A stretch of 26,208 nt of DNA from a virus (taxonomy: Duplodnaviria > Caudoviricetes), in IMG/VR virus record IMGVR_UViG_3300025086_000202, positions 1-26,208 of that record; one strand, written 5' to 3'. Under the pieces are notes generated by a model. That model made no database searches. It saw only the letters and a program-made list of their open reading frames with translations, and was not told the DNA's origin. This document shows, in pieces, positions 9,023 through 17,871 of the stretch. The position numbers were made by a program, and so were the translations under genes. Each line of letters starts with the position of its first letter. Position 1 is the first letter of the stretch.

Positions 9023-9925
9023 CTACTTAAATATTTTTCCGTACAATCCACCAATACCTAACGCTGTACTAAGTGCTGATTGAAAAGGACTTGGAGCTGC
9101 TTGATCTTGATATTGTTGTCCTGATACACCACCCAATAAACCTGTTAATGTATTTCCGTATTGTGATAATCTTCCGTAAGGTTCATAAGCTCCAGTTTGT
9201 GCTGCCTGTCGATCAGCAGATAAGAAAGCTTGAGCTTGACCTTGTCTTAATGCACCAAGAGATCCTAATGCAGAAACGTCTTGACCCATACCTGTTCTAC
9301 CAAAATCAGATAAACCAAATTGTTGATTCATTTGATTTCCATATGCACCAGCTAGTCCTTGTTGCGCGGCTGCAATAGAACCCTGGTTCATAAAATTTTG
9401 TTGTGCTAATTGATTTGCTTGATTAAAACCTTGTGACAATAATTGTGCCTGAAGAGCTGCTCTGTCGCCCAATACGTCTGATTGGTATTGACCCAGTTGT
9501 GCACCTTCTCTACCACCACCAAAATTACCTGAAGCTACAGCTGCATCTCTAATTTGTTGTGCACCTGCTTGACTTTGTTTGTCATACTCTGCAAGTGTTG
9601 CATCAATTACTTGTGTTTGATAAGGGGACATAAATGATTGGTAAGCTTGTGGTCCTGTTAAAGCACCTAGTCCACCAATTGTTGATGCTGATTGTCCCAG
9701 AGCCCCGGCCCCTGCTGCTTGTGCAGTTTGTGCTGCTTGCAAGAACGGTTGATAAGACCCAACACCTTGTTGTGCAAGATTGATAGCTTGTGTTTGTAAC
9801 GGGTCTTCACCTGCAACAAAACTTCTACCTGTAAATTTTGATGTGTCTATTGGTGCAGAGTATGTGGCTTTCGCCTGATCTGCAAAATCTTTTACCGCCG
9901 GTTCTAAATATTCTTGTACTGACAT
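9023..9925 (-). CDS. Putative DNA transfer/pilot (ejection) protein
   Basis: 300 aa, Gln/Ala/Gly-rich, FMSPYQTQVID and SGNFGGGREG motifs, C-terminal hydrophobic SALSTALGIGGLYG, typical of podovirus DNA-transfer proteins. Confidence 0.65.
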   Translation of the reverse strand: MSVQEYLEPAVKDFADQAKATYSAPIDTSKFTGRSFVAGEDPLQTQAINLAQQGVGSYQPFLQAAQTAQAAGAGALGQSASTIGGLGALTGPQAYQSFMSPYQTQVIDATLAEYDKQSQAGAQQIRDAAVASGNFGGGREGAQLGQYQSDVLGDRAALQAQLLSQGFNQANQLAQQNFMNQGSIAAAQQGLAGAYGNQMNQQFGLSDFGRTGMGQDVSALGSLGALRQGQAQAFLSADRQAAQTGAYEPYGRLSQYGNTLTGLLGGVSGQQYQDQAAPSPFQSALSTALGIGGLYGKIFK

Positions 9926-11250
9926 TATACTATCCTTGATTGTAACATTTGTTGTTGTTCATACATTGCTTGTGCTCCTTCCAAACCTTGTGACTCTTGA
10001 GAAATCTCACCGCCCTGTTCTAAATTATTCATTAAATTTTCCATAACTTCTGCGCCTTTATCGATATCTCCGCCTCCAGCATTTCTAACAGCATCTGCTG
10101 TAAATACAAATTCATTTTTTGATAATCTAGCAGGTACGTCATCAGCTCTTTCTTTTCTACCAAGCTCTACAAAACCACCTGTATTTCTATAATCTTTTTC
10201 TTTGCCACCCATATCAAGTAAAGGCATTACTTCTTCTGCAACTTCAGTTTCCATAATCCCACCTTCTTGTGCTCCTACTCTTACCGGTACTCCACCTGAT
10301 CTATAATCAAATTTATTGTAACCTGCAGGTGTTGTGTATCCTGGAACTGTAGAATCTGGTACCGGTCCACCGGCTAGTAAACCTATTCTACCACCATCAG
10401 CTGCCATTTGAACTGCTTCTGGTTGTTCCATACCTGCACCTTCTGGTGCTTGCATTACTGCTTTTACAAATTGTTCAAAAGATAAATTTCCACCTTTGTT
10501 TTTGTATTTAACATATTCCATCATAAGCATTTGTTCTGCTTGAGCTTGACCTGCGTTGCCACCCATATTTAAAAATGTTTTTGGTGGTCTTATTCTTTGA
10601 CCAGCACCAGTTCTTATAAATTCTTCTTCGTCGTCTTCTTCAACCATCAAGCCATCAGCATAACCTGCACGACCACCGTCAGCTGCATAAAAATTTTGCA
10701 TTACATATTCTTTTTTTGGCATAAAATCTAAACCAGCACCTGCATCACCTTTACCACTATAAAAATTTTTAGCACGTTGAACTTGAAACCTTGGGTCCAT
10801 AACTTCTACATCTTCTTCTACTTCTTCATCACCACCACTCATTAAAAATGGTAAAGCTGTTAAAGCTGCACCACCAGTAAGAAACGCTCTCTTACCAGAA
10901 AATTCTCCGGCTTTTCCAAAGAGACCACCGCCTCCACCAAAAATACCACCGTCAGAACCTAAGAACAATTTACCGGCACCACCCATGATATTTTTTAATC
11001 CAAAGTTTTTCATTCCACCACCTGCTAACTGTGATAAAAACTTACCTTTTCCTGCAGCACCTAAAGCACCTAAACCATATGCTCCAGCACCTAATAAAGC
11101 TAGTTTACCTATAGGACTTTTAACAACTTTCTTTACAGCACGACCAGCTTTCTTTACAAGTTTACCTAAGAAATAACCTTGTCTAGGGTCTTGTAGGGAA
11201 CCTAATCCACCTTGCATTTGTTGTGGTTGTTGCATTCTAGATATAGCCAT
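9925..11250 (-). CDS. Putative ejection protein with cationic amphipathic N-terminus, repeated xxxGG motifs and tape-measure-like C-terminal motif
   Basis: 441 aa. GKLVKKAGRAVKKVVKS, then Gly-rich hydrophobic tract, two AADGGR repeats, and ADDVPARLSKNEFVFTADAVR. Confidence 0.6.
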   Translation of the reverse strand: MAISRMQQPQQMQGGLGSLQDPRQGYFLGKLVKKAGRAVKKVVKSPIGKLALLGAGAYGLGALGAAGKGKFLSQLAGGGMKNFGLKNIMGGAGKLFLGSDGGIFGGGGGLFGKAGEFSGKRAFLTGGAALTALPFLMSGGDEEVEEDVEVMDPRFQVQRAKNFYSGKGDAGAGLDFMPKKEYVMQNFYAADGGRAGYADGLMVEEDDEEEFIRTGAGQRIRPPKTFLNMGGNAGQAQAEQMLMMEYVKYKNKGGNLSFEQFVKAVMQAPEGAGMEQPEAVQMAADGGRIGLLAGGPVPDSTVPGYTTPAGYNKFDYRSGGVPVRVGAQEGGIMETEVAEEVMPLLDMGGKEKDYRNTGGFVELGRKERADDVPARLSKNEFVFTADAVRNAGGGDIDKGAEVMENLMNNLEQGGEISQESQGLEGAQAMYEQQQMLQSRIV

Positions 11251-11269
11251 ATTTTTACCTTAATTCTTA

Positions 11270-11298
11270 TGTTTACTTGGTTTTGCTCAGTAAATCAA
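11270..11298 (-). promoter_or_regulatory. Possible weak internal promoter upstream of the 441-aa gene
   Basis: TTGATT(11298-11293)-17 nt-TAAACA(11275-11270). The -10 lacks the conserved final T. Confidence 0.25.
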
Positions 11299-11440
11299 GA
11301 GGCGGCATGATAACATTTACGTCCTGTGCCATGTCTTCATTCTTATATCCCTTGGCTTCCCAGTCTTTTCTTTCCTTAAAAAGCTCGCCTGTTTGCTTGT
11401 GTCTATACGTAGTCTCTACTTTAGCTTCTTTTATTTCCAT
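11273..11440 (-). CDS. Small hypothetical phage protein, 55 aa (missing from ORF track)
   Basis: MEIKEAKVETTYRHKQTGELFKERKDWEAKGYKNEDMAQDVNVIMPPLDLLSKTK. AAGGAG RBS, TAATG overlap with the upstream gene, fills the gap. Confidence 0.8.
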   Translation of the reverse strand: MEIKEAKVETTYRHKQTGELFKERKDWEAKGYKNEDMAQDVNVIMPPLDLLSKTK

Positions 11441-11799
11441 TAATCTAATCTCTCCTTTTTGATATTTAGATAACTAATAGCAATATCGAACGAATCGGCA
11501 GTGCTAGATGTTATTTTTAGGGTAGTATCACCCTCTACTATTAACGGTTGAGTTAATAATTCTTGTGTCACGTTGGCTGTTAAAGCTGCTGTTTTAATTG
11601 TTGTAATATCATTATTTGCAACAGTCACGGTCGGTGTGCCTGCAGAAGTGACTTTAATAGATTTAACAATATATGTTTCATTTATCAACGGGTTTTGTTT
11701 TGAAACCCCTTCTACAGTAGAAGTTCCAAATATAGTCTGTGCTGCAGTAGATGTTATATTATCTACTCCAAAAAATTTATATATGTTAGATACTGTCAT
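11440..11799 (-). CDS. Small beta-rich virion protein
   Basis: 119 aa, Thr/Ser/Ile-rich (ETYIVKSIKV, ELLTQPLIVEGDTTLKI, IAISYLNI), TAATG-coupled on both sides. Confidence 0.7.
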   Translation of the reverse strand: MTVSNIYKFFGVDNITSTAAQTIFGTSTVEGVSKQNPLINETYIVKSIKVTSAGTPTVTVANNDITTIKTAALTANVTQELLTQPLIVEGDTTLKITSSTADSFDIAISYLNIKKERLD

Positions 11800-11963
11800 T
11801 ATTCTAAAAAGAAACTTTTAGCTTCTATCTCCTGTTTAATTTCTTCTTGAAATGAAGTATTTAATTTTGTTATTACTGAATCTAAATCTCTAACTAAAGA
11901 TTGTAAATTTTCTTGACTATATTCACGATTAGCTTTGGTTAATGAATTTACAATTTTTGCCAT
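11799..11963 (-). CDS. Small coiled-coil phage protein, 54 aa (missing from ORF track)
   Basis: MAKIVNSLTKANREYSQENLQSLVRDLDSVITKLNTSFQEEIKQEIEAKSFFLE. GGAGGA RBS, TAATG overlaps at both ends. Confidence 0.8.
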   Translation of the reverse strand: MAKIVNSLTKANREYSQENLQSLVRDLDSVITKLNTSFQEEIKQEIEAKSFFLE

Positions 11964-13057
11964 TATAATAAACTTACTAGTCCTCCCTTAGCAAGTCCCC
12001 AGCCGCCGTCAGTTCTATCGGTTCCTCCAGCTTTTTGACCACCTGATTTAGCTTGTTGTGAACCACCTCCCATTTTAGATGCATCTAATCCACCACCTGG
12101 ACCATATCCAGCATCAGCGATACCGCCTCCACCACCTTGTGTAGTTGTACTAAACGCATCATCTGCAGTAATACCGAGATCCTTCACAATGTCTTTGTCT
12201 TGTTGACCCTGGAGTTCAGCATTCTTGTTAATTAAGTCAGCATACTCTAAATTTTTATTTGTGTAGAAACCAAATTTTTGTCTCAACATTTTAGTCATTT
12301 GATTTGCTTTAGCCGCCGCCTCTTCATCATCATCATTTTCGAACAACCCTGTTTCAGGATTAAATGTTGCACCATATTTTTCTGCAAGATCTTTACCTAA
12401 AATATCACCAAGTTTTTCTGCCTCTACACCAACTCTTTCTGCATAATTACCAAAACCAGATCTAACATTTAAACCAAATGGATCTTGATTACCTGTATTT
12501 TCACCAAATACTGTTGGACCAGTGTAACCCATATTTTGTGCAATGAATGCTTGATCAGGTCTAGATAAGTTATGATAGTTATCCATCCTACCTAAAATTG
12601 CTCCCAATATTCCAGGACCTCCTGAACCATATGGTTTATCGTATCCTGATTCTAAAATATCTCTAGCTGATTGTGGTGTTACAAAATCTTGTACTTTACC
12701 CATCATAGTCATCTCTTGAGGAATCTTCATGCCAGATCCAATATATTCTCCTGCGTCTGCTCCGGTTAATTGTTGATCTTTCATAGTATTAAAACCTAAA
12801 AAAGTATCAGAAGGATTATTAAGTCTTTCTTGTCTAGCCTCTACAATTGATTGAAAATTTCCAACTAAATCACTTGGAGAACCTGGATAATAACTGCCAC
12901 CGCCGCCACCGCCACTATTCATAAAAGCATTAGTATTTACAATACCTGAATCAGTTACAGGTTCTTGATTTTGAGGTAATTGAAAAGGGTATTTTAAATA
13001 CTGTTGTTCTGGAATATATTTAAAACCTGCGTCTCGTATCTCTTGGTCAGTAGCCAT
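11963..13057 (-). CDS. Low-complexity Gly/Asp/Gln-rich putative internal virion protein
   Basis: 364 aa, probably largely disordered, QDPFGLNVRSGFGNYAE core, ends GGWGLAKGGLVSLL. Confidence 0.6.
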   Translation of the reverse strand: MATDQEIRDAGFKYIPEQQYLKYPFQLPQNQEPVTDSGIVNTNAFMNSGGGGGGSYYPGSPSDLVGNFQSIVEARQERLNNPSDTFLGFNTMKDQQLTGADAGEYIGSGMKIPQEMTMMGKVQDFVTPQSARDILESGYDKPYGSGGPGILGAILGRMDNYHNLSRPDQAFIAQNMGYTGPTVFGENTGNQDPFGLNVRSGFGNYAERVGVEAEKLGDILGKDLAEKYGATFNPETGLFENDDDEEAAAKANQMTKMLRQKFGFYTNKNLEYADLINKNAELQGQQDKDIVKDLGITADDAFSTTTQGGGGGIADAGYGPGGGLDASKMGGGSQQAKSGGQKAGGTDRTDGGWGLAKGGLVSLL

Positions 13058-15237
13058 TATCTTCTTCCTCCTGGTGATATATCTAATCTAAAAGTTCCTA
13101 ACTTCCAGTCTTCATTTGCACCTGTATTTGCAACTTCTAATGCAATTTGTCGTGCTCTTACTCTTACATCTTTTTTTGTTGTAGAGGAAGTACAATTAAA
13201 ACTATTGGTAACTTGTGTGCTATTTGGATACAATCTTGTTTTAAATTTAATAGCTGTTGTCCCTGTTTGATCTATAAAATCTGGTATAAATCTGCTTATC
13301 CTCATTATGAATTCTCCGTCTCCTCTTAAATCTGGCATACCTACTGTCTGTCCTGTGCTGCTTCTACGTTGTGTAATATCAAAATCACCAGAAGCTATGT
13401 TTGCTATTATAGCTGTAACAGCTCCGCCGGCGTCCACTTGATCGGTCCCTGTTTCATGCTCATAGTATGTTGTACAGCCATCGGTATTACCAACAACATC
13501 ATAAGAACTATTGCTAGATGAATCATAAAAAGTTGCATGTGGTTTACCAAACAAGGCAGAATCTTCCCACGCTGTTCTTGCTAATGTGCCAGTTGTCCAA
13601 ATAGGTCTATTAGCATTCGAGTCTAGATAGTTATATGTAACTACTTTATTAATTATGTTAGATGCAGAAGTACAATAAAACCAATTAATTTCTCCAAATA
13701 AATTATTTAAACCACAGTTTATTAAATCTCTTGCTGTAGTATTAATATCGTCATATACAAAATCTTCTACTAGACAAGGTAGTGATTTTAATTGTCCATC
13801 ATAAGTAAAGAAACCATTTTCTGACATCCAATAAGCTTTACCATCTACTTCTACACAAGCATTCTTACCTATGAGTCCACAGTTTGTACCTACTTGTTGA
13901 AAAGAAAAAGTAAAAGGCGCACCAACAAACTGCATTAAAAATAATGCTGTATCAGTCCAAATATAAATAGCGTCCCTACCTTTAATAGCTCCCATAATTC
14001 TTGATCCATCGGCCAGTCTCTGTGTACCTGCGGTATTGTTTGCAGTTACAGTATAAGAGTCTGCTTCATCAATACTTTCTTGGTCAGAGAATCTAATAAA
14101 CATATCGTCTTGAGTAGCACTATTACCTACTGTTGTTTCTGTGCCAAAAAATACTAAGTGTCTATCTGGTGTAGATACTAAAACATGTCGCGACGCCGTA
14201 GGTGCGTTAGGTAAAAGAGTTGCTCTGACGTTAACAGCATTTGTTGGAGCTCCATCCCATTCAAAACAAGGACCATTGTAAATAAGTGCTATTAGTTTTT
14301 GACCGTAGTTATCTAAAATCCATAATCCAGGGTCAATAGTAAAGTCTTGAGCTGTTGAAGATTCTCCCCATGCAACGAATTCAGAAATATCTGTAACCGT
14401 AGTACCTAAAGTATGTGTAGCTGCGGTCGTTCCATTAACTCCTCTTGCCCCTCCACTTAAAGTGTTGGTGCCGGTGTCATTCGATGTGTAACTTATATCT
14501 TCATTATCAATTCTAATTTCTCCCGATGATGGAAAAGCTGAAGTGCTGGTTAAAACTATGTTTGTAGTAGTGGTATCAGTTAACGCTGTAGCAAGAGTAG
14601 TAGTTGCTGCTCCACTGGTTTGACCGCTCCAGTTACCTGCTCCCCATCCAAAACCACCTAGTTGTTGAGAGGGACCGACATTGTAATAACATAAAACAGA
14701 AGCTGACCCACCATTTGTTACAGGAGTTCCTGCCTCTGCAGTGTTCATAGTAATTGTAAATGTAGTTGCACTTGGAACTGAAGCAACCATAAATTTTACA
14801 TCTTCAAAAGTTGCGTTGGTAAATGTAGATCCGCTTAATCCTGTTACACTATCAAATAAAACAATATCATCTTCTAATAATCCATGAGTCCCGGTGCATG
14901 TTACTGTAACAGTCGTAGATGAAGCAGTGCTTGTAAAATTAGCTCCAGTTAAAGTTGTTCGAATAGGATGAATATCATAATACTGACCACCAACATAAAC
15001 ATATAAAATTTTGTTTGTGCCTATGGCAGAATACTTAAGACTGTTATTATTTTCAAATTGATGAATGGCTCTTGCTGCTCCTGTTAGTTTATTTTCACCT
15101 AACTGCTCCCAGCCACCTATCTTTTCTGGTGTGCCATATCTAAAACGAACATTGTCACCATCAAACCATTGGCCCTCGGCCCCGGTCTCAGTAACTTGTT
15201 TATTGAATCCTGGTAAAAAACCTAGTTTTTGTAGCAT
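13057..15237 (-). CDS. Tail hub/packaged-DNA stabilization protein (P22 gp10 or T7 gp12-like beta-propeller) with inserted domains
   Basis: 726 aa. WFDGDNVRFRYGTPEKIGGW, IRFSDQE, AGTQRLADGSRI, IWTDTALF, NCGLIG, AYWMSENGFFTYDG, C-terminal VRARQIAL...WKLGTFRLD. Confidence 0.8.
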   Translation of the reverse strand: MLQKLGFLPGFNKQVTETGAEGQWFDGDNVRFRYGTPEKIGGWEQLGENKLTGAARAIHQFENNNSLKYSAIGTNKILYVYVGGQYYDIHPIRTTLTGANFTSTASSTTVTVTCTGTHGLLEDDIVLFDSVTGLSGSTFTNATFEDVKFMVASVPSATTFTITMNTAEAGTPVTNGGSASVLCYYNVGPSQQLGGFGWGAGNWSGQTSGAATTTLATALTDTTTTNIVLTSTSAFPSSGEIRIDNEDISYTSNDTGTNTLSGGARGVNGTTAATHTLGTTVTDISEFVAWGESSTAQDFTIDPGLWILDNYGQKLIALIYNGPCFEWDGAPTNAVNVRATLLPNAPTASRHVLVSTPDRHLVFFGTETTVGNSATQDDMFIRFSDQESIDEADSYTVTANNTAGTQRLADGSRIMGAIKGRDAIYIWTDTALFLMQFVGAPFTFSFQQVGTNCGLIGKNACVEVDGKAYWMSENGFFTYDGQLKSLPCLVEDFVYDDINTTARDLINCGLNNLFGEINWFYCTSASNIINKVVTYNYLDSNANRPIWTTGTLARTAWEDSALFGKPHATFYDSSSNSSYDVVGNTDGCTTYYEHETGTDQVDAGGAVTAIIANIASGDFDITQRRSSTGQTVGMPDLRGDGEFIMRISRFIPDFIDQTGTTAIKFKTRLYPNSTQVTNSFNCTSSTTKKDVRVRARQIALEVANTGANEDWKLGTFRLDISPGGRR

Positions 15238-15259
15238 AATCTCTACTTATATATGGTTT

Positions 15260-15580
15260 TTAATTTTTTGGTAGTATTATATTCCAATCTAAATTGGATA
15301 TCAAATCTTCTAAATGAACTTTTTTGATTTTATTTTCTTTTAAATATTGATGTAATTCTGGAATATCTATTATAATCCATTGATTATTTATATCTACAAC
15401 CATCTTATCGGCCCTAGTTTTAGTAGAACCTTTTTTCATAAAATTAATTAAAGGCCGTAAATCAAACTTAAATCTTTGATTAGAACGTATTTTTAATACT
15501 CCTTCTACGTCCCACAGCTCTTTTTGTTTTTGAATATCTGTTGCAAAGGAAACATCTGTAAGATGTTTTAGAAATTTCAT
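15260..15580 (-). CDS. Hypothetical phage protein, possibly degenerate PD-(D/E)xK fold
   Basis: 106 aa, WDVEG...KFDLRP...KTRADKMVV...WIIID. ATGA overlap with the halogenase stop. Confidence 0.65.
   Translation of the reverse strand: MKFLKHLTDVSFATDIQKQKELWDVEGVLKIRSNQRFKFDLRPLINFMKKGSTKTRADKMVVDINNQWIIIDIPELHQYLKENKIKKVHLEDLISNLDWNIILPKN
15276..15304 (-). promoter_or_regulatory. Near-consensus sigma70 promoter for the tail hub/ejection/lysis genes
   Basis: TTGATA(15304-15299)-17 nt-TATAAT(15281-15276), about 40 nt upstream of ATG 15237. The spacer holds the palindrome TCCAAT-N4-ATTGGA. Confidence 0.7.
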
Positions 15581-16755
15581 TTAAGTTGGTCTAATAAACA
15601 CAACCAATTAGGTTGGTTAAAAAAACTATAATTAGAATGAGGGTACTGTTTAGGATTATCCATTTTGGCATAATACTTTTGTGCATTTGATATAGCTAAT
15701 TTTTTAGCATCTTTCCAAAATTTTTCTTTTCTATTATTTAAATTATAATGAAGGGATATAAAATTAATCGCATCTTCATAAAAATGTTTAATAACACTAT
15801 TGTATAAATCTATAGAATTCTGGTTGTAATTATTATCTCTAGTAGTTGCCACTAATTGATAAGCTCCTTCCATAGCTAAAGCTAAGCCTGTGCTTTCTAA
15901 AGGTTCTATAAATCCACTAGCTAATCCAATTCTTACTACATTATTTTTCCAAAAAGTATTTTTATAATATGGAGTCCAGTTAATTTCTTTGGCTATTTTA
16001 GGTCTATTATCCCAATGTTCTAAAAATATTTTTTTAGCTTCTTTAGGTTTTGTAATTGATCTATTAAATATAATACCACTTCCTATTCTACTTCTTACAG
16101 GAGTTTTCCAAATCCAACCACATGAAACAGCGTGACATGTAGTGTAGTGTAATCTTTCTGAATCATCTTTATATTCGACTGGACCTGCTATTGCAGTATC
16201 ACAAATTAATCTGTCTCTTAGATTAACTGTTTTTTCTTTTTGCAGCATAGACCTAAAACCTGTACAATCAATAAATAAGTCAGCTTTTATTTTTTTATTT
16301 TCACAAATTAAAGTATCTCCGTCTAATTTAATTACATTATCTTTTACCCAATTAACTTTATCTTTTAATTTTTCTTCAATGTATTTGGCTAATTTTAAAC
16401 AATCTATATGATAACCTCTTTCATCATTATCATAAAAATCTTCCATACTTCTACCCTCTATAAATGGATGCCATAAATCAGGACTATGTTTTTTATTACC
16501 CCAACCAGAAAATAAAATACCTGTTTTAATAGTAGCATCGCAATAATCAAACCATTCTTGATAAGGAAATCCACATGCTTGCATGTATGGTTCAAAATTT
16601 AAAATAGTAGCTTCACCAACTCCTATAGGTTTACCGTCAGGTCTATCAACCATTGTAATATCATAATTAGTATGAGCTCTAATATATGCAGCAGCTAGCA
16701 TGGCAGAAGAACCACCACCAACAATTACTAAATGTTTTATTGCTTTATTTTTCAT
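15577..16755 (-). CDS. Flavin-dependent (tryptophan halogenase family) halogenase, compact 392 aa; start corrected to 16755
   Basis: IVGGGSSA FAD loop, IGVGEAT, ATIKTGILF (PrnA K79-equivalent Lys), GYHID, ADLFIDCTGF, GWIWKTP (WxWxIP), GLASGFIEPLESTGL. Confidence 0.88.
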   Translation of the reverse strand: MKNKAIKHLVIVGGGSSAMLAAAYIRAHTNYDITMVDRPDGKPIGVGEATILNFEPYMQACGFPYQEWFDYCDATIKTGILFSGWGNKKHSPDLWHPFIEGRSMEDFYDNDERGYHIDCLKLAKYIEEKLKDKVNWVKDNVIKLDGDTLICENKKIKADLFIDCTGFRSMLQKEKTVNLRDRLICDTAIAGPVEYKDDSERLHYTTCHAVSCGWIWKTPVRSRIGSGIIFNRSITKPKEAKKIFLEHWDNRPKIAKEINWTPYYKNTFWKNNVVRIGLASGFIEPLESTGLALAMEGAYQLVATTRDNNYNQNSIDLYNSVIKHFYEDAINFISLHYNLNNRKEKFWKDAKKLAISNAQKYYAKMDNPKQYPHSNYSFFNQPNWLCLLDQLK

Positions 16756-17233
16756 ATTTAAATGCAATAGTATAACGTGTTTTATTTCTAAAACTGGTAG
16801 CTCTATGTCTAATTCCACCATCAAAAATTATTATTCTACCAGGTATATTTAATACTTCTTTTATTTCTTCAATGTCTTTTAAATAAAATTGAGTTCCGCC
16901 AAGTTCATCTATATTTTCCTCTTTATCATTTGCATAATATAAAGCAGTAATTCCTCCATCAAGACTATCTATATGAAACAAAGGTTTATCTTCAGGTTCA
17001 AATTTATTTACATAAGTTCTTACTAAATTTAATCCATCTAACTCTTTAATCATTTTTAAAATATTATTTAATATTTTAAAACTTAAAGTGTTTTTATTTA
17101 ACTCACAACTCAACCCAATTATTTCAGCACCTTCATAATCAGACTCTCCGTGTTCATAATTTAAATTAGATAATTCTTTATGTATTTCTAATTGAGAATT
17201 TTGGTCAATACCATGGTCAAATATTTTTATCAT
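16745..17233 (-). CDS. 2OG-Fe(II) oxygenase, prolyl-hydroxylase-like (HxD...H...R)
   Basis: FHID, TALYY, GGTQF, PGRIIIFDGGIRH, RYTIAF. Confidence 0.85.
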   Translation of the reverse strand: MIKIFDHGIDQNSQLEIHKELSNLNYEHGESDYEGAEIIGLSCELNKNTLSFKILNNILKMIKELDGLNLVRTYVNKFEPEDKPLFHIDSLDGGITALYYANDKEENIDELGGTQFYLKDIEEIKEVLNIPGRIIIFDGGIRHRATSFRNKTRYTIAFKYEK

Positions 17234-17871
17234 ACTTTTTCAATTTTTACATTAGCAACAATACTGATTCTTTCATCTTTCATTACTTGTTTTTGAAAAG
17301 GAACCTCATGCATCATCACTGCAGGAAATAATAGTATACTGTCGGGTAAGGGATTGATTGAAAAATATTCAAACATCCATGAATTAATGTATTTATCACT
17401 ATCCACTAGATCGTATAAGTCTGGTCTTAAAAAATTAAAAAATTTACCAAATGAATTTTGATTACTAAATCTTATAGGAGACGATTCTTTAGGGACTTGA
17501 AGATAGTGTACCAAACCAAAATCTGCACCAAGATGCATATGAGGAGTCATAAAAGCATCTTCTTTATTACAAGTGTAATTAATAATTTGTATGTTAATAG
17601 CACAATCTTTTTTGATATTAAGATGGTTAACACAAAATGCTTTTAGTTTTTCAATATATATCTTTACTAATTCATCGCTTTGTATTTTTTTAAACCTTTC
17701 ATCTGTGCATTCATATGAATCATGCCATTTACCAAAACCTGAACCACGTTGTTTAGATATTTTATAGTTATATTTAATATCTTTTATTAACTGTTTTTTA
17801 TTATAACGTTCAGGATTTATTTCATCTTCAAATACAGGCATACCAAATAATGTACAGTGCTTAAAAGTCAT
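17230..17871 (-). CDS. Putative 2OG-Fe(II) oxygenase, TIGR02466/2OG-FeII_Oxy_5-like (HxH...H...R)
   Basis: PHMH, FGLVHYL, ILLFPAVMMHEV, RISIVAN. Confidence 0.8.
   Translation of the reverse strand: MTFKHCTLFGMPVFEDEINPERYNKKQLIKDIKYNYKISKQRGSGFGKWHDSYECTDERFKKIQSDELVKIYIEKLKAFCVNHLNIKKDCAINIQIINYTCNKEDAFMTPHMHLGADFGLVHYLQVPKESSPIRFSNQNSFGKFFNFLRPDLYDLVDSDKYINSWMFEYFSINPLPDSILLFPAVMMHEVPFQKQVMKDERISIVANVKIEKV

Noticed and set aside
16756-16824. N-terminal extension of the halogenase in the ORF track
   Set aside because: Overlaps the upstream oxygenase by 80 nt and precedes the FAD-binding strand; ATG at 16755 gives the normal family N-terminus.
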